64,000 nucleotides of DNA. Origin: an uncultured Candidatus Sumerlaeota bacterium (GTDB lineage Bacteria; CAYMEV01). Below the pieces are notes generated by a model, which did no database searches, was not told the DNA's origin, and saw only the letters and a list, made by a program, of their open reading frames with translations. The stretch lies in NCBI GenBank assembly GCA_964389675.1, contig CAYMEV010000010.1, positions 62,001 through 126,000 of the forward strand. The letters are read 5' to 3'. Below are positions 27,891 through 39,160 of the stretch, in pieces. The translations under genes were made by a program, and so were the position numbers. The first letter of the stretch is position 1, and each line of letters opens with the position of its first letter.

Positions 27891-29027
27891 ATGGCTGATA
27901 CTAAAAAAAGGACTCACTCAAAAAAGAAGGTCACATCTGCCGGAAAACCCGGAGTTCAAAAACGGAAAAGCACTTTGAGGCGGAAAAAGACAGTTAAATA
28001 CAAGCCAGGAAGTACGGTCTATTTTCTTTATGTATGCATTATATTGCTTGTAGGATTAATCCTGATCATGCTGGGCAAGATCCTTTTCTACAACAATAAT
28101 GAATTCAGTGCAGGATCCGAAATATCAGCCACTGAAGCTGACAGCAACTCAGCAGTATTAAAAGATGTTGATAAAATTCCTGATTCAGCCCCGAAAGAAC
28201 AGGATCCAGCTGATAATCAGGAGGGTGATTACGATGAACAGGTATCAGAAAAAATAAATAATTATAATGGAGGTTACATTGCCGATGAGCCTCTTGAGAG
28301 GGAAAATTTTGCCCTTCCTGATGGAAGCATACCCAGAATAGCTGTCATAATTGATGACTGCGGAGGAAACCTGGCATTATTCAAAAGGCTGACAGGACTG
28401 AAAATGAAAACAACCCCTGCCATAATTCCCCATTTGCAGTACAGCCTTGAGAGTTATGATATTTCAGTGGAAAAAGGCATAGCCCCAATCCTGCATCAGC
28501 CCATGCAGCCTGTTGACAGCCATCGGCCATCTGCAATGAATCCCGGGAAGGGTGCTGTATACATCAATATGAGCAAAGAAGAGATATATGGTATTCTTGA
28601 TAAAAACATAAACAGCATGGGATATTTTATAGGCGCAAATAATCACATGGGCTCACTCGCAACAGCAGACAGAGATACAATGAAGCATGTGCTGACATAT
28701 TTTATGGAAAGAGGGATGTTCTTTATTGACAGCAGGACAACCCACCTTACTGTTGTTCCTGAAATTGCAAAGCAGATTGGGTTGCCATATCTGGAAAGGG
28801 ATGTATTCCTTGACAATAGCAAAGAGAAATCAGAAATAAGGAAAAGCATACTGCTGCTTATCAGAAAAGCTCATGAAAACGGCTATGCCATAGGTATCGG
28901 CCATCTCCACAAAAATACGATAGATGTGCTTGCTGAATTCTCAGCAGAGATGCATAAGTATAATGTAGAGTTTGTCTACATAACAGATATACTCAGCTTA
29001 TGCTACGGCCATTCCGATACAACCTGA
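27891..29027 (+). CDS. Divergent polysaccharide deacetylase family protein
   Basis: IAVIIDDCG, HQPMQP, NNHMGS, FFIDSRT, RDVFLDN and AIGIGH. One N-terminal TM. Confidence 0.9.
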   Translation: MADTKKRTHSKKKVTSAGKPGVQKRKSTLRRKKTVKYKPGSTVYFLYVCIILLVGLILIMLGKILFYNNNEFSAGSEISATEADSNSAVLKDVDKIPDSAPKEQDPADNQEGDYDEQVSEKINNYNGGYIADEPLERENFALPDGSIPRIAVIIDDCGGNLALFKRLTGLKMKTTPAIIPHLQYSLESYDISVEKGIAPILHQPMQPVDSHRPSAMNPGKGAVYINMSKEEIYGILDKNINSMGYFIGANNHMGSLATADRDTMKHVLTYFMERGMFFIDSRTTHLTVVPEIAKQIGLPYLERDVFLDNSKEKSEIRKSILLLIRKAHENGYAIGIGHLHKNTIDVLAEFSAEMHKYNVEFVYITDILSLCYGHSDTT

Positions 29028-30055
29028 TGAAGATTAAAGACAAAAAATTTCTTATGTCCATTGAAAGTTCATGTGATGATTCATCCGTAGCAGTGGTTGA
29101 TCTTGAGAAAAGAAAGCTGGTGGATGTTCTGACATATTCTCAGGATGTTCACGGCATATTCGGCGGTGTTGTCCCTGAGCTTGCATCAAGGGACCATCTT
29201 AGAAAACTGCCTTTACTCATTGACAGGATCCTTATCAAAAACAAAATTGAAAAATCCCGGCTTGCATATATAGCATGCACTAACAGGCCCGGGCTCATAG
29301 GATCCCTGCTCATGGGATTAATATCAGCAAAAACAATAAGCTATCTTCTAAATATCCCATTTTCAGGGATAAACCACCTCTACAGCCATATATTCGCAAA
29401 CTTCTGGAATCATAGAATTGATTTCCCATTTCTTGGAATGGTTGTTTCCGGCGGGCACAGCGATATATTCCTTGTGAAAGATTACCTGGATATTAAAAGG
29501 ATAGGTATGACAGTTGACGATGCAGCAGGAGAGATACTTGATAAAATTGCAAAAGAGCTTGGATTAGGCTATCCCGGAGGTCCTCTGATTGAAAAATTTG
29601 CAATGCGCCATAAAAATAAAGAGGATGTTCTTGACCTGCCAGTGCCAATGAGATCAAAAGATACATATAACCTGTCTTTTTCAGGGCTCAAAACTGCCTG
29701 CTACATAATGCTGAAAAATGAGAAGAAGAAAGGAACCCTGAATGAATATTTTATTTCAAAACTATGTTATTCCCTTCTGAAATCCATTTCAGAATCTATA
29801 TATACAAAAGCAAAAAAAGCACTCAGAGAACTTGGCCTGAAAGATATAAGCATCGGCGGGGGTGTGATGAGAAATGCAATAATAAGGGATTACCTGGAAT
29901 GCAGGCTGAAATCAGACGGGTTTAATATGCATACGCCTCTTCCGGAATACTGCACAGATAATGCTGCAATGGTAGGTTACCTGGGGATGATTTATTTTGA
30001 AAGAGGAATAAGGGATAATTATGATCTCAATGCTTTCCCGGGATTTGACCAATGA
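29027..30055 (+). CDS. tsaD: tRNA N6-threonylcarbamoyltransferase
   Basis: IESSCDD, GGVVPELASRDH, H..SH, VSGGH, DDAAGE, GYPGGP, SFSGLKT and CTDNAAM. TGATG overlap with the upstream gene. Confidence 0.95.
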   Translation: MKIKDKKFLMSIESSCDDSSVAVVDLEKRKLVDVLTYSQDVHGIFGGVVPELASRDHLRKLPLLIDRILIKNKIEKSRLAYIACTNRPGLIGSLLMGLISAKTISYLLNIPFSGINHLYSHIFANFWNHRIDFPFLGMVVSGGHSDIFLVKDYLDIKRIGMTVDDAAGEILDKIAKELGLGYPGGPLIEKFAMRHKNKEDVLDLPVPMRSKDTYNLSFSGLKTACYIMLKNEKKKGTLNEYFISKLCYSLLKSISESIYTKAKKALRELGLKDISIGGGVMRNAIIRDYLECRLKSDGFNMHTPLPEYCTDNAAMVGYLGMIYFERGIRDNYDLNAFPGFDQ

Positions 30056-30080
30056 GGCCTGAAAAAATCCTTCTGTCCAA

Positions 30081-30983
30081 TTATTCCCCTGCAGGTCCAG
30101 CTGCCTTAAAATAGATGAAATAGACCTTGAATCCCAATACCCTGTGGTCATTTGGATTAATTCCGGATTCAGAAGCAATAAATGTCTTGTCTGTTTTTAT
30201 TACCAGCTTAAAACTGAGTTCATCATTTAAAAGCTCACTGGAAATTTTAATAATCCTGTAAAACCTGCTGTCTTCAGGAATAAAATTATCGAGAAGCATA
30301 TCATTCAGATAGACAGATATTGACTGCTCAGGGAGTATGCTTTTCATTACCTCCCCGGTAAGGTGGAGTTCCATGTCAAGGCCTGTATTATCAATGAAAA
30401 GAACTGCTTCTTTTGCTGTCCATGTCCAGGATTGAGAAATTCCTGATCCTGTTTTTTCCTCGTCATACCATCCGTCGCTGTAAAATACCCTTGGGTAATA
30501 GTATGGGAGAGGTTCAAAGACATATATCCTGCTGAAGAGCTGAATATGAAAATCCTTGTCGGAAGGATCATATAATCCGGCATTTATCCTGATTCTTTCC
30601 TGACTGTAGAGGTTCTCGTCTGTGTTGTAGATAAAGCCTGGAATATGAATATCATGAATATATCTGATTTCCTGTTTTCTGCTCCAGTCTTCGCTGGTTA
30701 TTTCAAATTTATGATCATCCTGCAGGATCATTTTATCCTGATCTATGTTCCATACATGCACAAAGACCATCAGCCCTTCTCTGAATTCAATTTCGGGATT
30801 ATCAAAAGACCAGCAATAGGCAAATTCAAAAACAGAATTATCATAGTAGGGTTCAGCAATCTCAAGAGAAAGCCTGATCCCTGAAGGAGGTGACTTTTCC
30901 TGACTGCATCCGCAGACCATGATGCAAATTAAGATTGTCAGCATTATACTTATAATTAAATCATTTCTTCTCATTTTACCCAA
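30081..30983 (-). CDS. Hypothetical lipoprotein with beta-sandwich domains
   Basis: Lipobox-like VCGC. Contains FVH..QDDH..GLYD and GWY..E..WTW..DHRVLG patterns. Confidence 0.55.
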   Translation of the reverse strand: MGKMRRNDLIISIMLTILICIMVCGCSQEKSPPSGIRLSLEIAEPYYDNSVFEFAYCWSFDNPEIEFREGLMVFVHVWNIDQDKMILQDDHKFEITSEDWSRKQEIRYIHDIHIPGFIYNTDENLYSQERIRINAGLYDPSDKDFHIQLFSRIYVFEPLPYYYPRVFYSDGWYDEEKTGSGISQSWTWTAKEAVLFIDNTGLDMELHLTGEVMKSILPEQSISVYLNDMLLDNFIPEDSRFYRIIKISSELLNDELSFKLVIKTDKTFIASESGINPNDHRVLGFKVYFIYFKAAGPAGE

Positions 30984-31082
30984 TCTAAAATATAATTATT
31001 GCTTAAGTCAATATATTAAAGTATAAATAATTGCATACTGCATATTGTATTACTATTAAAAATTAACTGGATAAATTCTTCA

Positions 31083-32204
31083 GTGCCTTATAAGAATCAG
31101 TATATAGCAATTTTATTTATATTGTCAGCAGGTATTGTTTTTTACTGCTGCAGTTCAGGTACAGATGCCGGGTCTTCTTCTGATTTGAACCCCCCGTATC
31201 TTATAATACCGGAAAATGGATTAAAAACATCCTCTATAAAGCCTGTGTTTGAATTCAAGCATACAAATCCGGATATGGATGCCATATATTATGATTTTAT
31301 TCTTTCAGATTCATTCTCATTTTCCAGTATTATTTACTATCAGGACAATATTATCCCTTCCTCTGACAGCTTCAGGATCTGCATTGATGATCCGTTGGAA
31401 CCCGGCTGTGAATACTATTTTAAGTCAGCTGTCCATGGCATGAACAATGAGGATTATAATATATCCGCTGTTTACAGCATATATATCGAAAGCATAGGTG
31501 ATAATATCCCCAATCTTTATATGTGTACTGGCGACAGTATCACTGCAGGCTATTTTCCCGGACAGGATTATTCTGATTTTTTGCAGGAGCTTCTAAAGCC
31601 CTATTTCGGGGATACTGCACAAACTGTAAATCAAGGAATACCAGGCTTAAATGCCTGGGAACTGAAGACCCTGATAACAAACCTTTTATACACAAATCAT
31701 CCCGCTTATACGATCATACTTATTGGTGTTAATGATCTGTTTCATCCGGGAAGCTGTCCTGAGCCCTTTAACTGCCAAACCATTCAGGAGATAATAGATA
31801 TTGCATACTCATGCAGATCCTTTAACTCCATACCTGTTGTATGTACACTTATTCCAGTAATAGGCAGCAACAGCGGAATGTATGACAGCCAGGTAAGAAG
31901 CCTTAATGAGAGCCTGATTGATGCATGCAAGGCTCATGCTATTGATATAATAGACCTTTACAGCGCATTTGAAGGCTACAGCGGGGATATGGAAGATTTA
32001 TACAGGGATGATGTTCATCCCAATGTCTCAGGCAATCAGTTTATTGCCTCAGTCATATTTGATTATCTTTCTACAAGGAGTATGGATATTTCTGAGAATC
32101 CAGAAAGCTGCTGGGACAGATCAAAGGCGCAGAAGCTAAAAGCCAGCGATCAAGCTGCAATAATATTCAAGTCGAAAATATCAGCCCGGCCATCAGCATA
32201 TTAA
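31083..32204 (+). CDS. SGNH/GDSL hydrolase lipoprotein
   Basis: Lipoprotein signal FYCC, then GDSITAG, NQGIPG, GVND and DDVHP blocks. Confidence 0.85.
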   Translation: MPYKNQYIAILFILSAGIVFYCCSSGTDAGSSSDLNPPYLIIPENGLKTSSIKPVFEFKHTNPDMDAIYYDFILSDSFSFSSIIYYQDNIIPSSDSFRICIDDPLEPGCEYYFKSAVHGMNNEDYNISAVYSIYIESIGDNIPNLYMCTGDSITAGYFPGQDYSDFLQELLKPYFGDTAQTVNQGIPGLNAWELKTLITNLLYTNHPAYTIILIGVNDLFHPGSCPEPFNCQTIQEIIDIAYSCRSFNSIPVVCTLIPVIGSNSGMYDSQVRSLNESLIDACKAHAIDIIDLYSAFEGYSGDMEDLYRDDVHPNVSGNQFIASVIFDYLSTRSMDISENPESCWDRSKAQKLKASDQAAIIFKSKISARPSAY

Positions 32205-32236
32205 ATTTCTGAAGTACAGGAAGGTTCAAGTAAATC

Positions 32237-34354
32237 TCAGTATATCATTATACTTTCAATTTTAATTTCTTTACTGCATCTGATCTGCAGGCAATTTTCT
32301 GCAGGGGACAGTAAATCAGGCCTGATGGATATCTCCAGCTGAGATGCCCCTTTATTTATGATAAATGAACCAAGCATATCTTCATTAAGTAAAAATTCTA
32401 ATCTGTTATCAGTGAAACTGTTTGAAATCCTGTAAATAATTCTTCTCTTTTTTCTGAAATACCTGTAGGGCAGTATATATTGAAAAGAATCACCTGATTC
32501 CTTTCTGGATAAAATTCCGATTATAAAATCCTCAGATATATGCAGGTCCTGAAGCATTCCTGAACTGCAGGATTTTTGAAAGCTTTTTATAAGAGAATTC
32601 CAGAGATATAACTGGCTTGGACGCAATATAAGGCCCTTTTTATGAACGACTATAATAAATATGCCTTTATCACGCAGATAATTCAGCGCTTCATTGTCAT
32701 TTATATCAATGCATATTTTATTCACACCCAGGAAATATCCCTTTGAATACACTCTTAAAGGGTCAAGGATCCCTACGCCAAAGTGTCCGTTATAAATCTG
32801 CTTGTTATGGAACATGGTATTCAATATATAGAGGCATTCTTTCGGCCCTCCGTTATGATGGGGCAGTTCAAGCATTCCATAGTGATCAGGATAATTGCTT
32901 AGAATCTGATATTCATCTTTTGCAGCAGACGAAAAACCGTATAATTTGCCGCTTCTGGTATTATAAGGGATACTCTCAGCTATAAGAAGCATGAGAACAA
33001 AATAAAAAAGCTTTTTTGACCCTGAAGTCCTGAGGGTTTTTATACCGCAGGCTGCAAATACTATCCAGAACATCAGGAAGAAATAATGCAGTTTTATTCC
33101 CCTCAATCTTGAAAAAAAAGAGGAATGATAAGACAGGAGCCTGAACAGGTTAAATTCAAAAGGGACAATGGAATACAGTCCCTGGAAAAATAGTATAAGG
33201 CTCAATATTGAGATTAAAATTACTGTTCTTTCTCCTTTTTTCAGATGGTTCCAGGTAACTGCCGTTAAAATGATGATCAGCAGAAGAATAATATTAAAGG
33301 GAATATTCATGTATTTCTCAAGGTATGGTTTATCAATGCCCGAAAAACTGAGTAAAATATTAGAAGCTAAAAGCAGAATGAAAATCAGAATGCTGATCAT
33401 TTTATGGATGGTTTTTGAAGATTTTTTGTAAAACAGGTAAGAGAGAATAAATGAACCTGAAAAACCTAGAAATAAAGGATAATCAGCCGGATTAGAATTC
33501 AGGGAATGAAATGTGCTGCTTGAAAAAAGGAAACTGCTCTGCATCAGGGAAGAAAAATCAAAAAACTTGTATGGGTTTTGCAGATTCAGTGGGTTTTTCA
33601 GATAAGGGAAGTAGAGAATAATTACAAGCGAGGCCCCTGCAATTGCAGCAAAGAACAGTTTTATCAGTGATCTAATATTTATCTGTCCTTTAACAAATGA
33701 ATATATCAGGGTATAAAGCGGGAGAAGGACTGTAAGGATGAAAAAATAGGACAGATCGAACAGAGACTGGGCAAAGTAGAAAATACCAAACAGAATTAGA
33801 TCTGAAAAATGCTTTTTTCTAAGGAACCTGAACAGGTATAGAATACAGAATATTGATAAAGAGAAATAAAGCAGGTTCAGATGTGGAAGATTCTGGTGCT
33901 TTACCGGGGCTAATATAAATATTATACCGGCTGCTAATGCGGAATAGTAATCGGCGATAAGCTCCTTAGCAAGGAAATATACGGCAAGCCCTCCTGAAAA
34001 ATATGCCAGAAAAACCAGAATATTGTTAAAAAAATAGATATTTTCAATGCCAAGAAGGTAGAAAGGCAGGACCAGGATGGCTTGTCCCAGAAACATGGTA
34101 CCGGCAGTTGATACATATCCATAGGGGTAGTAGAACTGGTAATGGTATAATCCGGAAAGATCAAGCTTCTTTATTGACTCCAGGCAGTGCATGAGATTCC
34201 CGTTATTAAGGTGATTATCAAAGTTATCACTGAAAGAGATATATGAGAAGAAATGCGGAATAATAAAATGCAGTGCTATAAAAGTAAAGACAAGGAGCAA
34301 AAATACAGCTTTATAATCAGATCTCTTAGCCATTCCAGTTATAAAATTTAGCAA
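32237..34354 (-). CDS. Polytopic membrane protein, probable GT-C glycosyltransferase
   Basis: Many TM helices, YYPY loop, C-terminal soluble region with LELP...H..IYNG. Confidence 0.55.
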   Translation of the reverse strand: MLNFITGMAKRSDYKAVFLLLVFTFIALHFIIPHFFSYISFSDNFDNHLNNGNLMHCLESIKKLDLSGLYHYQFYYPYGYVSTAGTMFLGQAILVLPFYLLGIENIYFFNNILVFLAYFSGGLAVYFLAKELIADYYSALAAGIIFILAPVKHQNLPHLNLLYFSLSIFCILYLFRFLRKKHFSDLILFGIFYFAQSLFDLSYFFILTVLLPLYTLIYSFVKGQINIRSLIKLFFAAIAGASLVIILYFPYLKNPLNLQNPYKFFDFSSLMQSSFLFSSSTFHSLNSNPADYPLFLGFSGSFILSYLFYKKSSKTIHKMISILIFILLLASNILLSFSGIDKPYLEKYMNIPFNIILLLIIILTAVTWNHLKKGERTVILISILSLILFFQGLYSIVPFEFNLFRLLSYHSSFFSRLRGIKLHYFFLMFWIVFAACGIKTLRTSGSKKLFYFVLMLLIAESIPYNTRSGKLYGFSSAAKDEYQILSNYPDHYGMLELPHHNGGPKECLYILNTMFHNKQIYNGHFGVGILDPLRVYSKGYFLGVNKICIDINDNEALNYLRDKGIFIIVVHKKGLILRPSQLYLWNSLIKSFQKSCSSGMLQDLHISEDFIIGILSRKESGDSFQYILPYRYFRKKRRIIYRISNSFTDNRLEFLLNEDMLGSFIINKGASQLEISIRPDLLSPAENCLQIRCSKEIKIESIMIY

Positions 34355-34378
34355 TTATTAATTAAATGCCTGATAAAA

Positions 34379-35185
34379 TCATTTCAGCTGTTTTTGTATA
34401 GCGTCTACGATCTGGTTCAAGATAGCCCCTGTATTGCCGGATTCTTTAATGCCGGTAAGAGGAGTCCCCTGGTCTGAATTCACTACGATATCAGGATCAA
34501 TAGGGATAGAACCGAGGTAATTGAGTTGCTTAGCAGCAGCAAATTCCTTCACGCCGTCTTTCTTAAAGATATATGTTGTCTTTTTGCAGTAAGGGCATAC
34601 AAAACCATTCATATTCTCTATGATGCCAAGAACATTAATATCAAGCTTTTTGCAGAATGTTACAGATTTTGTGACATCACTGATTGCCAGGTCCTGAGGA
34701 GTTGATACGATGATACTGTTCTTTTCGCCTTCTATAAGCTGTGCAATACTCAAGGGCTCATCGCCTGTACCAGGAGGAGAGTCTATTATCAGGAAATCAA
34801 GTTCTCCCCAGGATACATCAGACAGGAACTGCCTTATCACGGAATGTTTTAAGGGCCCTTTCCAGATAACGGCATCCTCTTTTGACTGAAGCAGAAAGCC
34901 GATTGACATTATTTTCAGGTTTTCAGAGTAGCTGACAGGGATTATTTTATTATCTTCAGTAGCCAGTCTTGTGTCTTCGAGTCCGAAAAGCTTCGGGACT
35001 GAAGGGCCATGTATGTCTATATCCAGAAGCCCTGTCTGAAAGCCTTTGAGGGCCAGCGCTGCTGCCAGGTTTCCGGCGACAGTGCTTTTACCGACTCCTC
35101 CTTTGCCTGACAGTACAATTATCTTATGTTTAATATTGCTGGTGCAGGGAATGTCATTTCTGCTTTTTTGTTGATTCTGGTCCAT
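34379..35185 (-). CDS. mrp: Mrp/ApbC/NBP35 Fe-S carrier ATPase
   Basis: SGKGGVGKST, DIDIHGPS, DSPPGTGDE, TPQ and ENM..FVCPYC. Confidence 0.93.
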   Translation of the reverse strand: MDQNQQKSRNDIPCTSNIKHKIIVLSGKGGVGKSTVAGNLAAALALKGFQTGLLDIDIHGPSVPKLFGLEDTRLATEDNKIIPVSYSENLKIMSIGFLLQSKEDAVIWKGPLKHSVIRQFLSDVSWGELDFLIIDSPPGTGDEPLSIAQLIEGEKNSIIVSTPQDLAISDVTKSVTFCKKLDINVLGIIENMNGFVCPYCKKTTYIFKKDGVKEFAAAKQLNYLGSIPIDPDIVVNSDQGTPLTGIKESGNTGAILNQIVDAIQKQLK

Positions 35186-35344
35186 TCATTATCTCCATTT
35201 CAAGATATTTTTGATCTCTAAAGCCTAAATATTTTAAAATCCTTGTCAACTCTAATTTATATAATATATTGACTTTTAATGAAAAATTTGGATCTGGCTG
35301 ACCTTTTAGCCTGCTAATCAGAAAATAAAAAAGGAGTTATCCTT

Positions 35345-35974
35345 ATGAAAAAACTGTTTTTTTTCATGCTCATGGTTGTCTTTATGGTGTGCAGTACTGT
35401 CTATTCTCAGGTTGTGCTTGATACTGGAGATATTGCACATGGCCTGTTCTTTGATTCTGGTCTCTATAATAATTTTGGTGACGAGTATTCTTCCCCTCAT
35501 ATTTTTTTGCTCCTGAAATATGGTTTTTCCAGATCAACTGCATTATATTGCTATATTGATTATGGTGAGTATTTCAAACATCCCTATGATAAAAATGGTA
35601 TAGCGGTAGGAGCAGGTGCAAAGCTGGCTCTGATTAAGGAAGGGGAGCTTGATATTCCTCTGGCAGCAAATTTTGGAATAAAAGGGGATGCAGACATTAT
35701 AAGCGATATGGATCTGTACAATATTGTAGCGAATGTAACAGCTTCATACAACATCCTTGAGGAAATGAGCCTTAAGCCCTATATCAGCCTGGGGATCAGA
35801 TATACGGATTATAAGGTTTATACAGAGCATTTTAATGATATGGATTCAGATGATTACAGGGGTTTTGCTGTCCTTGGCACTGAGTACAGGATTAATGATC
35901 TTTACAGCATATTTGGAGAAATCTCTGTCTCTGATGATATTACTGCAGGTGCTTCATTCAGGATGAACCTTTAG
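35345..35974 (+). CDS. Exported small beta-barrel outer-membrane-like protein
   Basis: Signal peptide, RBS AAGGAG, amphipathic strands (KPYISLGIRY, LGTEYRIN, AGASFRMNL). Confidence 0.6.
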   Translation: MKKLFFFMLMVVFMVCSTVYSQVVLDTGDIAHGLFFDSGLYNNFGDEYSSPHIFLLLKYGFSRSTALYCYIDYGEYFKHPYDKNGIAVGAGAKLALIKEGELDIPLAANFGIKGDADIISDMDLYNIVANVTASYNILEEMSLKPYISLGIRYTDYKVYTEHFNDMDSDDYRGFAVLGTEYRINDLYSIFGEISVSDDITAGASFRMNL

Positions 35975-36307
35975 GTTCAGGCTCCTGCTTGCAGAATCAA
36001 GGCTGTCAAATACAGGAAATATTTTATCAAGTTTGGTAATCTGAAGGATTTTTTTGACCTTTTCAGAACAGCCTATAAGGTAGAGAAAGCCTGAGTTTTC
36101 ATTATTCTTCTTCATTGTCTCTATGAGAAGGCCCAGAGTAGTGCTGTTAATAAATTCAACACTGCTTAAGTCTATAAAAAATCTATATTTCTTATCTTTA
36201 TGCAGGCTCTCGAATTTTTCATTCAGCAAGGGGGAGTTGAATGAATCCAGCCTCCCTTTGAGTGTGATTTTGGTGTATTTCTTCTTCTCTTTAACAGTTA
36301 TTTCCAT
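35954..36307 (-). CDS. STAS-domain anti-sigma factor antagonist
   Basis: LKGRLD, IDLSSVEFINST.LG and ILQITKLDKIF. Confidence 0.88.
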   Translation of the reverse strand: MEITVKEKKKYTKITLKGRLDSFNSPLLNEKFESLHKDKKYRFFIDLSSVEFINSTTLGLLIETMKKNNENSGFLYLIGCSEKVKKILQITKLDKIFPVFDSLDSASRSLNLKVHPE

Positions 36308-36323
36308 ATTAAATTCTCCTTGT

Positions 36324-37694
36324 TCAGAACCCTAAAAAAAGCTTTATAAGATTTTTAACTGTATCTTTGTTATAAACGCCTTCGCGCATCATGTTTTTTA
36401 TTGCAGCATACCTGATTTTCCTGTACAGGTTTTTACTGTTTCCGGTTTCTCCGGCAAAGCTGAAAAACCTTCTTTTGAAATTATACCAGTCAATCCTGCT
36501 GATTCCTGTTTGCTGAAGATAATCCCGGTATATTCCAGTCCCTGGGTAAGGAGAGACGATCTCATATGATACCATGTCAAAAACTTCTTGTCTGGAATAA
36601 TCTATGGTCTGCATTATATCTTTATTATCTTCTCCGGGGAATCCTATCATGAAAAAGCCCAGGACATCAATGCCGGCATCCTTTACCTGTCTGATGCTGT
36701 CAGTAATTTTCTCTATCCGGGGCCCCATGGAATAAAGATCCCTGATCTTGTTGCTTGCACTTTCTATACCGAAAACTACGGATTCCAGTCCGCTTAGTTT
36801 CATCTTTTTAAGCAGGGGCTTGTCAAATTTACTGTGGAACCCAGGGCCTGAGATCATGTTATATGCTATCTCCAGGCCATTTTTCAGTATCATGTCCGCA
36901 AAGCTTTCGACTGTTTCCCTGTCGGCGCTGAAGCTATTGTCAATGAACATGAATTGTTTCACGTCAAAATGTTTATAAAGGTAATCAACCTCATCAAATA
37001 TTGACTCTGCATCCCTTTTTCTTATATGTCTGCCGCTTATTCTTCCCACGGAACAGAACCTGCATCCGGTCGGACATCCCCTTGTAGCCATTATGGGTGC
37101 CAGGGGAAAATCCGGGAATCTCCTGCTTATTGGATTACTCATATATTGCCTTGGGTCTATAAGCTCCCATTTTGGAATTGGAATGCTGTTGAGATCATCT
37201 ATTATGTTAATATCCTCATTCCTTATGTTCAAGGAAGGTACTAATATGCCCTGAAGCTCTGAAAGGGCTTTTATGCTTCCCTTTAACCTGTTTTCTTTTA
37301 ATATAAGGACCATTTCACGGAATATTCTCTCTGCTTCTCCCAGTACAATTATATCTGCGTCCTGAAATTCAGCCATCAGATCATTTATTTCTGATGATGT
37401 TGGGTGTGGGCCGCCAATTATTATTGTTGAACCAGGGCATATTTCCCTCAGCAGTTTAATGGAATTCTTTATAGCCCTGAAATTAATGGTAAAGCACTTG
37501 ATGCCTATAATATCGGGATTGAAGCCTGCTACTTCCTTCATCAGTGCCCTTACAGATATTCTCCGGTTCCAGTCAATTATCCGGATATCTGAGATATCTT
37601 CAATCATTCGTGCCAGGTATCCCAGCGCAAGATCCGGAAGGTCCGGGTGAGAATTCCTGAAATTATAAAATGGAACTGTAAGAAGTGTCCTCAT
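36324..37694 (-). CDS. B12-binding radical SAM protein
   Basis: LGYLA, GGPHPT, GEAE, TRGCPTGCRFC, GIESAS and FMIGFPGE. Confidence 0.9.
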   Translation of the reverse strand: MRTLLTVPFYNFRNSHPDLPDLALGYLARMIEDISDIRIIDWNRRISVRALMKEVAGFNPDIIGIKCFTINFRAIKNSIKLLREICPGSTIIIGGPHPTSSEINDLMAEFQDADIIVLGEAERIFREMVLILKENRLKGSIKALSELQGILVPSLNIRNEDINIIDDLNSIPIPKWELIDPRQYMSNPISRRFPDFPLAPIMATRGCPTGCRFCSVGRISGRHIRKRDAESIFDEVDYLYKHFDVKQFMFIDNSFSADRETVESFADMILKNGLEIAYNMISGPGFHSKFDKPLLKKMKLSGLESVVFGIESASNKIRDLYSMGPRIEKITDSIRQVKDAGIDVLGFFMIGFPGEDNKDIMQTIDYSRQEVFDMVSYEIVSPYPGTGIYRDYLQQTGISRIDWYNFKRRFFSFAGETGNSKNLYRKIRYAAIKNMMREGVYNKDTVKNLIKLFLGF

Positions 37695-39160
37695 GGTTTC
37701 TGAAGCCCATCCCTGGCAAAAACGACCAGATAATAGCCTTTGTATCTGCTTTCTTTAGACATGCCCCTGAACAGCCTTCTTATAAATAGAACAGTTCTAT
37801 TGCTGTTTAAGAACCTGAAGTGGTCCCTCTCTAAAAGAAAGGTATATCTCCCCTGTGAGACAAAATTATCGTAAAGCATCTGATCCCTCCTGAAAAACGA
37901 ATGAAACCCGTCTTTATAGCTTCTGTCAGAAACAAGAATAAATATATCCGGGTCAAAGCTTTTAATATAGGCGGTCAAATTTTCAGGATCTCTTGAAACA
38001 GACTTGTTTGTAAGCCCTATAATATCAAAAACTTCAGCTCCTGAATAATATTTAAAGATCCCTATATCCATTAAGGCGGTTTTTATACCAGCTCCATAAT
38101 TTCTTTTGATATACTGTGCGATTTCCATATGTGCATATCTGTAGCCCTTTGCACGGTCATTGACATAGCTGTATTCATAAATCCCTGTCGCGGCCTGTGA
38201 AAGAAAAAAGATAATTATTAAAGGCAAATATGCCTTTTTCAGGTTTAATTTATAAAATATCAGGAAAAATAAAACGGGTATTACAGGAACAATGAACCTT
38301 CCGAATGGTATCCAGTCTCCGCCTTCATACATGATTACAGCAATATATATCAGTATTATGATGATCAGAGAAAAGACATGCCTGTTTTTTTTATAATTCC
38401 CTGCAGAGCGTATTATCAGGATTATGAACAATATAAGCGGGATAAACATTGTTTTTATATTGAATTTTATCATATAGATCAATCCGCTGTAAAAACGAGT
38501 CATACTGAAGACCTGGTGAGCTTTTGCATAATATGTATTAGGCAGTAACTCCCCGAACAGCAGATACCTTGATGAAAAAAGCATTAATGCGCTAATAATA
38601 AGGATTACAAGGGATAATACTCTGTATCTCCTGTCATGATTCCTGAGGATAAGATCCAGAATTATAGTGCATACAGCAATTATCAGCCCTTCAGGCCTTA
38701 CAATGACCAGAAAAGGAATGAGAATTAAGGAAAGGTTTTTTGAAAAGAAAATAAACCTGGACAGCAGAAAAATGCTTAAGATCATTGTAAAAAGCATTGT
38801 TTCCAGGCCATTTACCCCGCTGATTATAAATGAAGGCAAGGCTGTTATTGAAGCCAGAAGAAGAATGCTCTTCGTGTGGCAGTAAAGATATGCCAGTATT
38901 ATCAGCCCGGAGATTATTCCTGTAAGTTTTCCTGCCAGAGGGATTGAGGATTTCTGTGGGCAGAGGGAAATAATGGCCAGATGCAAAGGGCTCGTAAATC
39001 CCTCTACATTTTCGCCTTCATTGAAGCTCAGGCCTTTCCCATCCCTGAGATTCCTTGCATAGGCATATGTAATATAGGCATCATCTACTGTATACTGGTA
39101 TGATACAGCAATAAGCACAAAATAAGCAATAAAACAGAGAAAAAGACAAACCTTCTTCAT
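37691..39160 (-). CDS. GT-C-fold membrane glycosyltransferase (DDAYI type)
   Basis: VDDAYITYAYARNL..G.G...EGFTSPL, GLET, RPEG, LPNTYYAK and GGDW..RF. Confidence 0.75.
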   Translation of the reverse strand: MKKVCLFLCFIAYFVLIAVSYQYTVDDAYITYAYARNLRDGKGLSFNEGENVEGFTSPLHLAIISLCPQKSSIPLAGKLTGIISGLIILAYLYCHTKSILLLASITALPSFIISGVNGLETMLFTMILSIFLLSRFIFFSKNLSLILIPFLVIVRPEGLIIAVCTIILDLILRNHDRRYRVLSLVILIISALMLFSSRYLLFGELLPNTYYAKAHQVFSMTRFYSGLIYMIKFNIKTMFIPLILFIILIIRSAGNYKKNRHVFSLIIIILIYIAVIMYEGGDWIPFGRFIVPVIPVLFFLIFYKLNLKKAYLPLIIIFFLSQAATGIYEYSYVNDRAKGYRYAHMEIAQYIKRNYGAGIKTALMDIGIFKYYSGAEVFDIIGLTNKSVSRDPENLTAYIKSFDPDIFILVSDRSYKDGFHSFFRRDQMLYDNFVSQGRYTFLLERDHFRFLNSNRTVLFIRRLFRGMSKESRYKGYYLVVFARDGLQKP